Origin: Podarcis cretensis
Lineage: Eukaryota
Reading direction: 5' to 3'
Assembly: GCA_951804945.1 (NCBI GenBank)
Contig: OX638150.1
Coordinates: 36,952,001 to 37,016,000 of the forward strand
DNA: 64,000 nucleotides
Shown: positions 1-13,058 of the stretch, one piece after another
Position numbering within the stretch: position 1 is the stretch's first letter
How the letters are laid out: each line of letters begins with the position of its first letter
The notes under the pieces: generated by a model
Seen by the model: only the letters and a program-made list of their open reading frames with translations
What the model was told of the DNA's origin: nothing
Database searches by the model: none
Made by a program: the position numbers and the translations under genes

Positions 1-277
1 TGAATGTGTAAGAACAGCTGCTTGATATTCCCAAGTCATGGGTTCAGGATCCAATGGGATCTAGCCTGCTGCCTATGATGGCTATCTAGGGAGAGCAGCT
101 CCTTACCTACATGCTATGGATACACCTGTATGATGGAGAGACTGCAAAGTGGATAAGGAATCCAGGGTATTCTTCCGGTCTCTGCTGACAAATAGTTTCA
201 CTGAATTTGGCACTTGTCCCAGAACTCGGATGTCTTTGTTTTCTTTGTTACCTTTTTATCCTAGATAACTGGAGCTC

Positions 278-940
278 AGGGTAAGGAGAGACGAATATGC
301 CAACTTTGGTTTTCCTCAGTTTCTCATTTTTCCAATCTTAAATTCATTTCTCCATGTTTCTGCAGCAATCTTCAGTTCTTTTTAAAATAACTCACCATGA
401 AAATTCAGCAGCAATTTAGTGTGAATTTCTCTGAAGAAGCTCACTTTGGTATATAGTTGTGACTAATGTACCCAGTGCTCCCCCCCCCAGGGGGGTACTC
501 AAGGGTAAGGAAAACTACATGAAGGTCTTCTATAGCTGGTATATAACTGAAACTGAAACTTTATACTGTGATTTTACGTTAAGAAAGCATTTCTGTTGTT
601 AAAAACCAATAAAGATGTATTGGATGGGGGGGAAGGGTACACATTACTGGCACCTCTTTTTGTTATTGTTTAAAAGTGTGGCGTTTACTGTAACAACTTC
701 ATGGTGAGTACCAGCACCTATTTTTCTAGAAGAAAAGCACTGAACGTACCTTAATATTTTTGTATATTATCTTCACCAATATATGCAGTTATGTGCACAC
801 TTTCCCCTGATAAACACCTTTTTTTGAACACATTGGTTTTGTTTGAGAACTGCATCCTAAAATCTGAAATGCAAAGGTGGCTGTGTTTCAGTTCACATAT
901 TAGTTTGAGATGTCTGAATTAGATAGTTTCTCATTCAAAT
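278..940 (-). mobile_element. Old non-autonomous DNA element, reverse complement of 39392-39876; boundaries approximate
   Basis: The segment tttggtttttcctcagtttctcatttttccaatcttaaattc aligns with the reverse complement of about 39810-39875. Interrupted by 473-742. Confidence 0.55.
473..742. mobile_element. hAT-type non-autonomous element nested in an older repeat
   Basis: TIR CAGTGCT...AGCACTG; 8-bp TSD aatgtacc / aacgtacc. Confidence 0.75.
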
Positions 941-1158
941 ATACTGCCCCCCTCCCATTTTATCCTCACTTCAACCCTGTAAAGTAGGTTAGGTTAGGAG
1001 ATGTTGACTGGACCAAGGTCACCCAAAGAGCTTCTTGACTGAGTGGAAATTTGACAGTTGCATTCATGGCCTATTATGCCCGTCACAATGTAATAACAAG
1101 TAGTAATGTCTTGTCACCAGAGCAGAAACCACTGCACCTGCTACCACAATGCTCCCTT

Positions 1159-1358
1159 CAGTGGCGGAGCTTCATGCTCCAGCACTGAGGGGCGGAGAGC
1201 AGGCGGGGGCAGGGCTGGAGCGTGTCCTGGGGGCGTGGCACGCCTTCTAAGGGGGCGTGGCACCTAGAGCGGGTGGGAGGGGCAGCCATGATGGCACCCC
1301 ACTGGGATCGTGCTGCCGGGGGCAGTGCGCCCCCCCCATTCCTCTTCCTCCGCCAGTG
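1159..1358. mobile_element. GC-rich MITE (CAGTGGCGGAG TIR)
   Basis: CAGTGGCGGAG...CTCCGCCAGTG imperfect TIR with repeated GGGGCGTGGC boxes; TSD unclear. Confidence 0.6.
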
Positions 1359-1447
1359 GCTTAAGTTAGCTTAATTGAACCCTGCTGTAGGAGAGAAAGG
1401 CCACGTCTGTGCTGCCTAGACAAAATGGCTGCTTAGTGTTTCTAAAA

Positions 1448-1679
1448 CAGTGGTACCGCAGGTTAAGTACTTAATTTGTTCCGGAGGCTTGTTCTTAACC
1501 TAAAACTGTTCTTAACCTGAAGCACCACTTTAGCTAATGGGGCCTCCTGCTGCCGCCGCGCCGCTGGAGCCCGATTTCTGTTCTCATCCTGAAGCAAAGT
1601 TCTTAACCTGAAGCACTATTTCTGGGTTAGCGGAGTTTGTAACCTGAAGCGTATGTAATCTGAAGTGTATGTAACTGTA
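1448..1679. mobile_element. Tc1/mariner (Tigger-like) MITE, right TIR partly deleted
   Basis: Starts CAGTGGTACC; body alignable to the copy at 20905-21130. Confidence 0.8.
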
Positions 1680-2017
1680 CTGCTTGGGATAAATGCAGAT
1701 ACACTAGTTACTTATAAGCCAGAAGAAAAGAAGAAGAACTGACCCCTTCATTCCCTGAGAGCAGGCTGATTACCGGTAATTCTAGGCCAGGAGTGCTTTA
1801 GGGAAGTGCCTTCAGCACAGGATGAATCTTTCTGCTCACCTGAACAACGCTCAGTTAAGTGGTGATAGCTAAAGGAATATCTGTTTGGACAGATAGTTCT
1901 CCCTGTTCTCCTCTCTCATCTGCCCTTGGTAATTAATGCCCAGTCTTGGCAGTGTTGATCCCAAATTGGCAAATAGCTAAGCCCTTGTGCTTTCCTATAG
2001 GAAACATTCCAGCTCTG

Positions 2018-2020
<3 letters not shown>

Positions 2021-2051
<31 letters not shown>
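2021..2051. repeat. (AG)n microsatellite
   Basis: Seen directly. Confidence 0.95.
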
Positions 2052-2054
<3 letters not shown>

Positions 2055-3014
2055 CAGTCTTCCCATGATGGGGCTTTGTGTCAGACACTGCCCATCCTGA
2101 GGAAATGCTGTCAATGTCCTTTAATGTCAAGAGAGAAGCGCCCTGTCTTTTTAGCCCAGTAATTAAGTCTTAGGACCAGCTCTGCAAATTAATGTAATGC
2201 CTGAGCCAAAGTGGAATAGTCAAATTCTCTTGTAGTTCCTTTTGTCTAAATTGCTTGTTCTGCCAATGCATTCCTCTTTCTGTGTTTAAGGTACTTCATT
2301 GGCAAACATTCTAGTCTGGTATGATGCAATTTAAAAGCAAGAGCAACCCTGAGTGCCTACATGTTCTATAAAAAGCTGTAGTGAGGAGGCTGACAGTCAG
2401 GAACGATGGGAGCTGCAGTCCAATCATCACTGGACAGCACCACATCCCCCACCTGCACTCTATAAACGTTGCTGGCCAGAGTAGAAGTGGGGCCTGGGAA
2501 GTTGGAATGACTCCATTCCGAAAGGAAGAGGAGAACCCACCCACAGTCTACCCTCTTAAGCCATTAGGAGGGACTCTCTGCCTTTGGAGTGGGGGGGGGG
2601 GATAGGATATAAGTGGCTGGTGGCAAATACCAAGAAAAACCTAGAGGAAGTCCCAATGTGCATTAACCCATGTAAAAGAGGGTGGGGCAAGTGTCAAAGT
2701 CCTGTAGACAACTGGTTCATGACCAGGGAGGGAGGGGTCATGAACCCAACCTTCTGATTCCCAGAACCAGAACTCTGCCATTACACAGAGTGCCAGGTTT
2801 CCAGGGACAATAATTGCCAGGTGGTGCAAAGCTACTATCCTGAATTGAATTCATACCTAGTTCCTGCTTTGAGTTTCTGGTCAAGGCATCCTAGTGACTT
2901 GGAGTTGCAGTGGTTGGAACTGATCTCCACTTCAGGACTAGATGGAGAAATGTTCAGGTCTTTCCTAGGCTTTGCCAGTCGAGCTCATTTGCTCTTTCAG
3001 TGTGTAGGAGAATA

Positions 3015-3253
3015 CAGTGGTACCTTGGGTTACAGGTGCTTCAGGTTACAGATGCTTCAGGTTACAGACTCCACTAACCCAGAAATAGTACCTCGGGTTA
3101 AGAACTTTGCTTCAGGATAAGAACAGAAACCGCAAAGTGGCGTGGTGGCAGCAGGCGGCCCCATTAGCTAAAGTGGTGCTCCAGGTTAAGAACAGTTTCA
3201 GGTTAAGAACGGACCTCCAGAACGAAGTAAGTTCTTGACCCAAGGTACCACTG
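3015..3253. mobile_element. Tc1/mariner (Tigger-like) MITE
   Basis: TIRs CAGTGGTACCTTGGGT...ACCCAAGGTACCACTG, TA on both sides, internal CAGGTTA repeats. Confidence 0.88.
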
Positions 3254-4412
3254 TATTGCTGTTTTCTTGGTAGGCTGGGTGATCTGAGCTTATGACATAT
3301 TCCATCCTTGCTGTGATTTAACTTTTCTTTCACCTCTCTCGTTCTCCGGAACCAGGAGAACTGAGACTGGCAAGCACTTTTTAATTCTTCAGATGTTTAG
3401 GTGCAAGCAGATGCAATAAAAAGGTGTTAATTTCAAGGCAAACCTCATTTGAGGTTTCTAATTAATAGCACTGGCATGTTGTTTTCTTGTTCGGGGCTCC
3501 TGGAACACACCATCTGCAGCACCACTTTTATCCAAATTGTTTTTTTTTGAAGAAGTCTCTGCTACTTAAACGCAGATCCCAAATCAAATTAGAACAGCTC
3601 GCTTTCAACACCCCTTCATGAAGAAGAATGAGAATGGAACCTCTAGGTGTTCTGTAGAGTGCCTGGGCAATCCATCACTTCGCTCAGATGCAGCTACTTC
3701 TTCCTGGGTGGAAACATGACAGCAATCCCCAGGCAGCAGCAGCAACAGGGCACAGCAGGGGCTTCTGGGCCACTGAGTGGTGAAGAATGGCTGCTGTTGC
3801 ATCAAAATGAGGAGAGGGAGCTGGAGTAGAGACAGCATGTCCCCGTTCATTCATTATCCATGCTGAAATCACGACAGGATGTCAGGGGTAGTTGGCAGCG
3901 GACTACAATGACTTCAGAAGCTGCCGACAGTGCTAGAGTTTGGCCCCGACAAAGATTCCCAAATAGATGCATCTGTTGGTGCGTGGCTAGAGACGCCACA
4001 TTGTTTCCTTGGTCCTGTGCCTTTAACAGCATAAAATTGCAAGGGAAGCTTTTCTTGGCATGGAGATAAAGCGAAGAATAATGCTTAGTTCACTTGTTTA
4101 ATTTCTGCAGGTCAGACACAGGAGAAGAGCTGCATATAAAAGGGAAAGTGGTGATCCTGTGCTTGCCATGTTCATGGGAGAATTGGTAATTGTGTGGGGT
4201 TTTTTGTAAAACGTATGGAGGCATTTCAGGGCAGGGGGATGAACCATGACATATGAAGGAAATGGGGATTTACTTCTTAGCCCCCACTACAGTTCCAGTG
4301 AAGAATGGGGGCCCCACAGGTGTAATTTGCAATGGGAGAGAAGTTTTTGTTGTCACTGGCCTCTTTCAAGGTTCTGCAGCTCCTTGAAAGCTCTGAGCAC
4401 AGGTCTCTATTA

Positions 4413-4630
4413 TAGTGGTACCTCGGGTTACATACGCTTCAGGTTACAGACTCCGCTAACCCAGAAATAGTACCTCGGGTTAAGAACTTTGCTTCAGGAT
4501 GAGAACAGAAATAGTGCTCCGGCGGCACGGCGGCAGCAGGAGGCCCCATTAGCTAAAGTGGTGCTTCAGGTTAAGAACAGTTTCAGGTTAAGAATGGACC
4601 TCCGGAACGAATTAACCCAAGGTACCACTG
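4413..4630. mobile_element. Tc1/mariner (Tigger-like) MITE
   Basis: Same family as 3015-3253; TA TSD; TIR (T/C)AGTGGTACCT...AGGTACCACTG. Confidence 0.88.
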
Positions 4631-6338
4631 TAGTCTGTTGCTGTTGTTTTGTTTTATTTTTTAAAATGACAAAGTAATATACTTCTCTGTACCTGAGAAG
4701 TTCTCTGAGTCCAGCCTTATTTGATTCCCAAACTGACAACCAAATTTGGCTATTCTAGGTGGTTATCAGAGATGATGATGATGCTTTGATACACATTATA
4801 GTCACTTAGGGCTCATCCACACCCCGGTTGTCCCATGTCTGTTGTCTGTTTTTAATTTTTTGAAATGTTGGTCACATAAACTGCACACCTTATATTAGGA
4901 TCATGACTGCTTCATATTTTATTTTCCCCACACAGCAATTAATATCAGTATGACAGAGGAATGAGTGTGTGATTTTGCTGTGGCATATGAAGTGCCATTC
5001 TCCCATGAGTACACATCTCAGGAGCCGATGAGTCTCCATGAGTGAGATGTTTAAGTGTGGAACTTCCCTTTGTAGTGTTAAAAGTTAAAGTGAATTGCAT
5101 TCAAGAGTTTTAAGTCAAGTACCATATAGTTTAATTGATGGGTGGACCGGAGCCACATAGAGATTTTCTGCTTCCATGGAACTGCACTGACATTATTGAT
5201 TCCCAGCCTAGATTATGTCCCAAAGTAGGTTATACTTCACAATATCTGAACATTATTCATCAATCATGCACACGATGCAAAAGTATATGCATAAATCCTC
5301 ACATATAAAAATCTTCATTCTCCAAACATCCATGGCAGAGATATTGCTTCTATTTCCACTTTACATATTGCAGCATGCCACCTCAATCTCTGAGCGGTGC
5401 GAGATTCCAGGGGTTCCAGATGCTTAGCCAGGGTTCAATTTCCTTCAGAATGAGGGACAGCAGAGACTGTGGTGTCTTTATGATATATGGTGTATTTACA
5501 CACATATATACAACCTGAGCCTAGGAGGGACAGTTTGCAGCAAGACCCCCAAGTGGGGTCTTGTTTCTCCCATAGTCACAGCCTTGGATTCAAACAGGAC
5601 TTGGGCATGGTTCTGTCTCCTTGGCTTCCCAACCTACTTCTTCTAGCTCACATAACTCAACTCTGCCCTTTGTCTTTCTAACTATAAGTGAGTTGAGGGA
5701 GGGCCCCCCCATCTATTTGTCTTCTGGCACAGAGCCACTTTGTTACCTTAGTGTCCCATACTTAAAGGGCCATTACCTCATCCAAAGCTAGTCAGGCTAT
5801 CCCAGAAATTGAATCAGTACTGGATGCAGGAATCAGAAGGGGGCTCAGGCATACAGCCTACCCTCCCAAACCCTCCCAAAGCATAACAATATGTAGCAGT
5901 AGGCCTGAGAACAGTGCAACTTTTCAGTGGCCAGATTCAATTAATGAGTTGTGCTAGTGGAAGCCCGCATATGGATTTTTTTTCACTAGCACAGCAGGGT
6001 TTGTTTGTGTCTCCTCCTCCTCCTCCTGCATGCCCCCCCCCCCAAATGGCTCTGCATGCATTGGGGGAGCCCAGATGGAGGAGAGGGGAAATTGTTCTGT
6101 CTGGCAAGCTGAAATGCTCGTGCTGACAGAAAGATCTCCTTAAGAGTACATTGAGTTCCACCCTGAGAAACCTCTGGGTAAGGCCAAATCTCAGTTCATT
6201 GATCCACAACAGTTTTTATGAGATGCACTATTGTTTCATGTTAAAAATAATTTGGGGCTTCATCTTGAAAATTATTGCGGGATTGTCGTTTTTTCATACT
6301 TATGATGGTTCCTTAATTTCCCACTAAACCTCACTTTC

Positions 6339-6390
6339 TCCTTCCTTCCTTCCTTCCTTCCTTCCTTCCTTCCTTCCTTCCTTCCTTCCT
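6339..6390. repeat. (CCTT)n microsatellite
   Basis: Seen directly. Confidence 0.95.
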
Positions 6391-8608
6391 TTTCCCTGAG
6401 AGCTAATTCCTCAGCATTTCTTCCCCTTTGTTCTTTTCTGGCACTAAATTTCAATGCACTGGAGAGTCCATTTATCATGGGAAGCTTCTCTCTGCATTAA
6501 CATTTGGGGGCAAACTGTTGACTGCGGACATTTGGAGCCAAGGGCTGTCATACTATCTCAGACCATTTACCGATGAAAGCCATGGCACAGGAAGTTTTCT
6601 GCACAACCAGAAATGCTGAGAGCAAAGTATGCTGGGGGAGATGGGACAAGTGTGCCAGACTTGGGCTTCTTTTTCCTATGGCTGGTTATTCTGCAAGGAA
6701 AATAAATGGAAGGCGCCTTCTTCTTTTTAAATGTGCCTCTTATGTGAAATAGGAGAGTTAAGCTTATTCGTGGTTGTTTCTGTGCTGGAACAGCTTTTAC
6801 AAAGATAAGGTTACAGAATTCCTGGCATTTGGGAATAGAGATGAGAAGGCCTGAGAGAAAACCAGAAAAATGAGGATGGGGGTTGCAGAAAAATGGGGGG
6901 CGGGGTCTCCCCACCACATTTTCTGGTTTCCCCCCAAACCTTCACATCTCTAAACCAGGAATGGTGAAGCTGTGGTCCTCCAGCTGGTGATAGACTCCAG
7001 TTCTCACTGAAGAATGGTCAATGGTCAAGGAAGATGGGAGGTTTTGGTCCAAGAACATCTGAAAGGTCAGAGGTTCCCCATCCCTGATGGTCTAGGCCCA
7101 TGGTTCCCAACGTGGGGCACACGTCCCACTGGAGAGCAATTTGATTCTTAAGGGGGGGGCAATTTGAAAACGAGTTATTAACAGTGAGTGGCCTTTCAGG
7201 CTTCCTCCACGTGAATAGAGTTCATTTTTTGAAGAAAAAGTATTATACGTCATGGGAGGGAGGGCATCAAGTCCTATAGCCATGCCAAGTCTCAAATTCA
7301 GGCCCCGCCCTTACAAGAAAAGTTAAAAAATATTCATGGTGCATGTGACGTGGGTGGACTTCTGTCCAGCATGTTATGTGCTGCAATTAATTGTGAGAAG
7401 AGTACTTTCCACCCAGAAAGCTCCCTACAGGGAATAATAATAGGAATGACTTTGTCTAGTCTGGAGAAAAAAATGAGCAACAGGTGGACAGGCAGGCAAG
7501 TATGGGCACTGAAATCAACTCAAGGAACAAGTTGCTCAGACTCAGGAGCCAGAGCAGAGTTTCCACCAGAAAGATGCCTATTGGCTCTCTTGTGTCACCT
7601 GACAAGAGCTGAACTAGAAGCAACATCAAACACTGCTTTGAAACCACTCTTCACTGCCTGGTTAGGAAGGCAATTGATGCACCTTATATAAAGAGACATT
7701 TGAGACCCATGAATGAATGATACTTTATAATAGTTCAATTCCAACACATCCCTCACATTCTGTCTTTAAAAATACCTATTTTCTACCATTTGTATTTGTC
7801 ACACATTGAAGTCACTGCTTTTGACAGCGAGCTGCTAAGAATACCAGATTACACTGAGAATGTATTTAGAGTTTGTGCTGTGGAGACAATGCACAAAGCA
7901 GTAAGAGATTCATCTTTTAGTAATGCCCATTTTGTAAGAGGCAATAAAGATACAGCATCCGGTAAAGAGATAAACATGCTATAACTAAGCCAGAGTGGCA
8001 AAATTGGAGACAAGAGACAAAGCGGGAATGGGGAATTAAATTAATGTGTGCACTTTTAAAAAAAAAAAAAGATATAAAAAAAAGAGTCAACTCCCAGTCA
8101 CCTCATACTGAAAATGAGCTGCCTTGGGGAAAGATATATCTTACAGGGAGTTTTTGAAGGATGATAAATACTGTAGTCAGTCTATTATAAACTGCAGTGT
8201 GAGCTGAATCTTAATCAAGACACAGAAATATAAATCTAAAAATAATAAAGGGAAAATCAATATTGATGCTCAGGAATAAAAGTACTATATTTTTGTTAGT
8301 AAACGTGTTTAAGGTCCCAGGGAAAAAATTATTTGAGAGAACCTACAGTAATTTACTTTAATTTCAATAGCTGGCAAGCTCCCAGAACGTTTGGGTGGAA
8401 TTTATACCATTGCCACAAAACAAGCTTATATATAAACAAACAGCATTTATTACTTCACTGCTGGTAGCCTACCGAGGCACCAGAAAAATGTGCTAGCAGA
8501 CTGGGAATGCACCAATGACAGCATTTCTGTGAACTCTACTTAATATTATGGTATCATTTGATTATTAGGAAAACTCAGTACAACCTACATACAGGGACTG
8601 TATAGTTA

Positions 8609-8612
<4 letters not shown>

Positions 8613-8683
<71 letters not shown>
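8613..8683. repeat. Compound (CT)n(CA)n microsatellite
   Basis: Seen directly. Confidence 0.95.
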
Positions 8684-11391
8684 AAATCAATTACATTAAT
8701 AATAATAATTTATTCTTTTTCCAATAAAAGATTCTCAAAGCAACTTACAAAGATGTAAAATACAAAAATGCCATAAAAAAAACGGAGAACAAGGAACAAT
8801 AATCCCAGGGTCATGGGTTTGGGACTAGATGACCTGTGGCATCCCTTTCAGCTCTACGATTTTATACATAGTGCCAAAAGTGTTCCTCCACCAACAGCAC
8901 AACAAGGAGGCTTTTCCACTAGGGCTACTGGGACACAGCCCTCCCAATAAGAATGTTAGGCAATTTTTAACCACCCACCCCAAAAACCCCACCCTCAAAG
9001 CCACATACTCTTTCCTGTTCCTCACACATTTTACACTTCCATGAACTGAAAGAGGCTTGTAGAGACATTTCTGTCAAACTCTGGTTCTCTGGCCAATCAG
9101 CTCTCCACAGAACAGGGCTTAAAAGCAGCCACTCTTAATATTCAAAAGTCTGCTGAGAGATTTATGGGGAGGGATTTCTTTGCCGTAGTCATACTCTTGG
9201 ACTAAGTGTGTGACTTAATTTCTAAACGAGATGTATGGAGTGAAAATCATATCAGAAAATCACACTTGGTCCCTCTTATAGGAAAGCTCTTTCCTGGTTG
9301 TCTCCCTCTTCTATCTCTGACCACTCTTCATCATCCCACCACCAATCTCCTGGCTCTGAGTTTTCTTCCCTCGAGGGTTCCCCAGCTGGTTCTTCCCACC
9401 ATTCTGTTGGCTATTTGCAGATTAGTTGCACTGCAGAAAGCATGCTGGGGAGACCATACATTACAAGGAATGCAAAAGTAACTATTGCTAGGTTTTAATA
9501 ACAAAAACAAAAACTCTTTTTACAATATATCAATAAGCATGACCCATCCAACAGGGTACTGAGAGCACTACATGCTGCCCTTTATATACCATACCCAACA
9601 GCTTAATTACCACAACTTAACAGCACCTGCTATACTGCTTCACAGCTGTAAAACTAGGTCACGTTATTTGCTCTGGCCCTTAAAGACATACACATCTTGT
9701 GGAACAATAACGAAACCTAAAATTTAACGAGACCATTCAACACATTCCTCTATGTCCAACGGCTCCATGGCATCAGGTTTCCCCATCCTCGTTCTGTTGA
9801 CCAGTTTTGTTTTGAAGGGGAAATATCTGGGACAGCATTTAAGCCTTTTCCACCACTACCACCTGAATAGAAATTTGCCCTGAAGTGTGCTCATTTTAAA
9901 ATGTGCTTAACATGGCATGTAACTTGGCCCTTGGTATAAGATCAGGTTAAATTCCAACAAGCATGTATGTCCCCTGCCTACGTGGCCCCCTTATCTGCTC
10001 CCCCCATATGCCCCCCATTAAACAATTTGAAAGGGTTGAATAGGTTCTGAAATTGAAACTCGCTCTATATTGTGTTCAGTCATTTGTCTTAAAATATCAC
10101 TTTTCGATAGTTATGTAACAAAAATGCAAAGAGGCATGACAGAGACTATCTGTGCCATTATCTTACTCCGATATAGCTTACGGGAGTGTAATATTCCATG
10201 AGCCTTCTTGGGCTCAAACTCTGAAGTCTGTTTCCACAGAAACATCCATAGCACATTTCACAGAAATTCTTGCGGAACAGCTAATGTGACACAACGTCCT
10301 CATTTGGAAGAAATGAAAGGAGCATTTGAGAGTGCGATAGCCAAACACTCATTTCTAAGTTAATACTTTTTGATAAAAGAGCAGCTGACAGTTAATGGAA
10401 CTGGTAAAAACTCTCTGTGAGTAATAGACCCAATTGCCATCTGTAGTAAAATACAGCCTTTTATTTGAGCTGTGGCAATTTTGTACCAGCTGGGAATCTT
10501 GACCATTAGGCCTCATTAGAAGTATAGCCCATTTTCCAGCTAAAAAGTCCCCCCAGAAGCCAATTCTGATTTCATCTGAATTAGCACTGATCATCAGAAT
10601 ACTAATAGGAAAGTTCATCTCCACTTAACTAGCTTGTTCAAGTGGCTTGCAGCGGAATACAAAGTCCTCATAATTTTCAAGAGTTTATCCCTTCAAGAAT
10701 GGAAGAGAAAAACAAAACAAATAGAAGACTGAACTGCAATAAGATTGGCGGCTTTTGGTGGCCCCACTGCAAGAAGGGGCTTCTAGTGGCCAGCTGCTCT
10801 ACACAGCAGCTTATTCTTGCAGATGTTTGACTGGCCTCTTTTCCTATAACTGTCCAAATCTCTCAAAGCCAAACATTTAGCACTGTGCCTGTGGAAGAAA
10901 AGGAACATGTTTCAAATAGGCATGTGAGCAGTGGGTTTTGTGGAGTGTACAGAACAATCCTAACAAGGGGCTGAGGAGAGATGCAGAAAAGCAGATTCAC
11001 CGTCACATTCAGGGCCCTGTCAGCTCAACCTGGCCAGAAGGTGGGGGACAGGTTTGTTTGGGTGGTTTCCACTATATTCCTGCTGTGGAATCACTCCCCC
11101 TGCACACACACCTGGATCAAATGCTGTCAGCACCCTGCAACAGTCTGTTTTGGGGGCTTTCCACTGATTACTGCAAGTGGTTGTTTATTACCCACCTGCG
11201 TAAAAAAAAAAAAAAAACCGGCCACACTCCTCTTTGCTTGCAGAAGGTGACAGAGAGGTGTTCCATTGCACACACCTTCAACATGGAAGGGGGGGGGTAC
11301 AATTGCTGCCTTACTCTTAAGTATGCATGCATACCCTCCAACATTTCTTCGATGAAAATAGGGATGTCCCATTCCATAATGAAAATTTAAC

Positions 11392-11530
11392 TATTTATAC
11401 CCCACACACCTTACTGGGTTGCCCCAGCCACTCTGGGCAGTTTCCAACACATATAAAAACATAATAAAACATTAAACGTTAAAATAATGTTATACAGGAT
11501 TGCCTTCAGATGGCTCGGGGGTTGGATATG
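11392..11530 (-). mobile_element. L2-clade LINE 3' UTR fragment
   Basis: Reverse complement of the cccagagtggctgggg...ggtataaata tail seen near 37095 and 56350. Confidence 0.7.
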
Positions 11531-13058
11531 CAGCTTTAGAATGAGCAGGGCTTTCACACTAAAGAGATTGGGGTTGTTGTTTCACATGGCCCTTTTCTTG
11601 GGCCATGTTGTGCAGCATCCCATGTTATTTGAATTTGTTTCTTAACTGATGGACTGGCAGAATGTTAATAATACTAATAATTTACAGCAAAACCCTCTAC
11701 ATATCTCAGCTTTAAATTCCTTTGGGTTTGATGGGGCTAACACCTAGGCAAATGGGCAAAGAACTGCATCTTTAATTGCTTGCCAGATATAATTTACACC
11801 TTTCATAATCTTCCCTTGGAACAGCTCTAATATCCCAGTAGAGTCTTGCCCCATGATTTTAAATAGATTGGTGTCTTTTTTTAAAAGTTCAGGATATGTA
11901 GTCGTCCCTCCCCCCCTTGGTAGCATGAGGGGCCAATGCTGGGAGTCATAAACCATCTTGAAAGGGGGGGGGGGATGTGGATCGGTTACTGCCAGAGTGT
12001 GGCCTTTAAATCAAGAGCCGGAGCCAGGAAGGTTCATAAAACCAGAGGCAGGATTTTTTTTTTAGCCTTGAGAATTGAGGTACTTTAAATTCCAGCCTTC
12101 AGGTTCAGTGATCTGTTCAAGAACAAACATAACGCTTAAATAGAAGGGACCTGAAATCAGGACACATTTTCCTGCTGAGTTAACCCAGGACAGCCCTCCT
12201 AAAGTTTTGCTCATTTATAATGACATTTTCCTGTATTTTAACAATCCAGAAAGAGAAAAGGCTTACAATCATAATGCTGCGGGAGACAGGAATTTGCTGC
12301 AATATTCACCTTCAGATACATCAATAGGAGTAGCAAAAGTAATACATTTTAATAGAAAGTCTCAACAACATAACCTTGATTTCATTCTAATTGCCCTGTT
12401 GACCTGTTTCTCATGTATCAGGCTTCCCCAGCTTAGTACCCTAAATTGGACTACAATTCTTGCCAGCCCCAGCCAGAGTGGCCATGGATCAGGAATGGTG
12501 GGAACTGTAGCCAAGAACACCTGGAGGCGATCACTTTAGAGAAGGCTGCCATGCATCTGGTCTAAGGTCTTCCCCTTGCTAAACAAATGTAGATCAAGTT
12601 TAGTCCCAGCGTTTTACCCACTACAGCTCACTGCATAATGGCCTGTGTTGGGAAAGAAACAGGGTGTGTGTGACCCCAACTGTTCTCTTTGACTGAGTAT
12701 CTCTCTTTGCCTGGAAGCCAAAGGCAGCCCTAAAATCAACATCTCAGTCCATCCTCCACGACCCTTCTCTAGGAGACACTTGTGAGCTGGTTTTCAAGGG
12801 AAGAGGGCCAATTCAGTTGTGGTACCACCACCACCTGGTCTATGGAAAGCTCTCCATAGCAAGGTCCAGCTTAAGACCTTCCTCTTAACACATTTGATGG
12901 GAAAGGGTTGGTTGATACCACCACCATGCTAATTGGTTATCCTTGATTACCTTGGGGAGGTGGCATGACCATTATTGGGGAGGTGGTATGGTTTTAGTGT
13001 ATCATGGAAACTGCTGCTGTGTTTTTAATTTTTGTATATTTCAATTGCTGTAAGATGT

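Noticed and set aside
1159-1358. GC-box-rich patch as a CpG-island promoter
   Set aside because: Only 200 bp and bounded by inverted repeats, so better explained as a MITE.
5138-5152. ATGGGTGGACCGGAG (MGGPE), which resembles the start of the preceding human MGAT5B exon (VMGGPESRGVLRK)
   Set aside because: No AG acceptor or pyrimidine tract directly upstream, and the translation diverges at once (PHRDFLLPW). Treated as coincidence; the real exon is probably upstream of the window.
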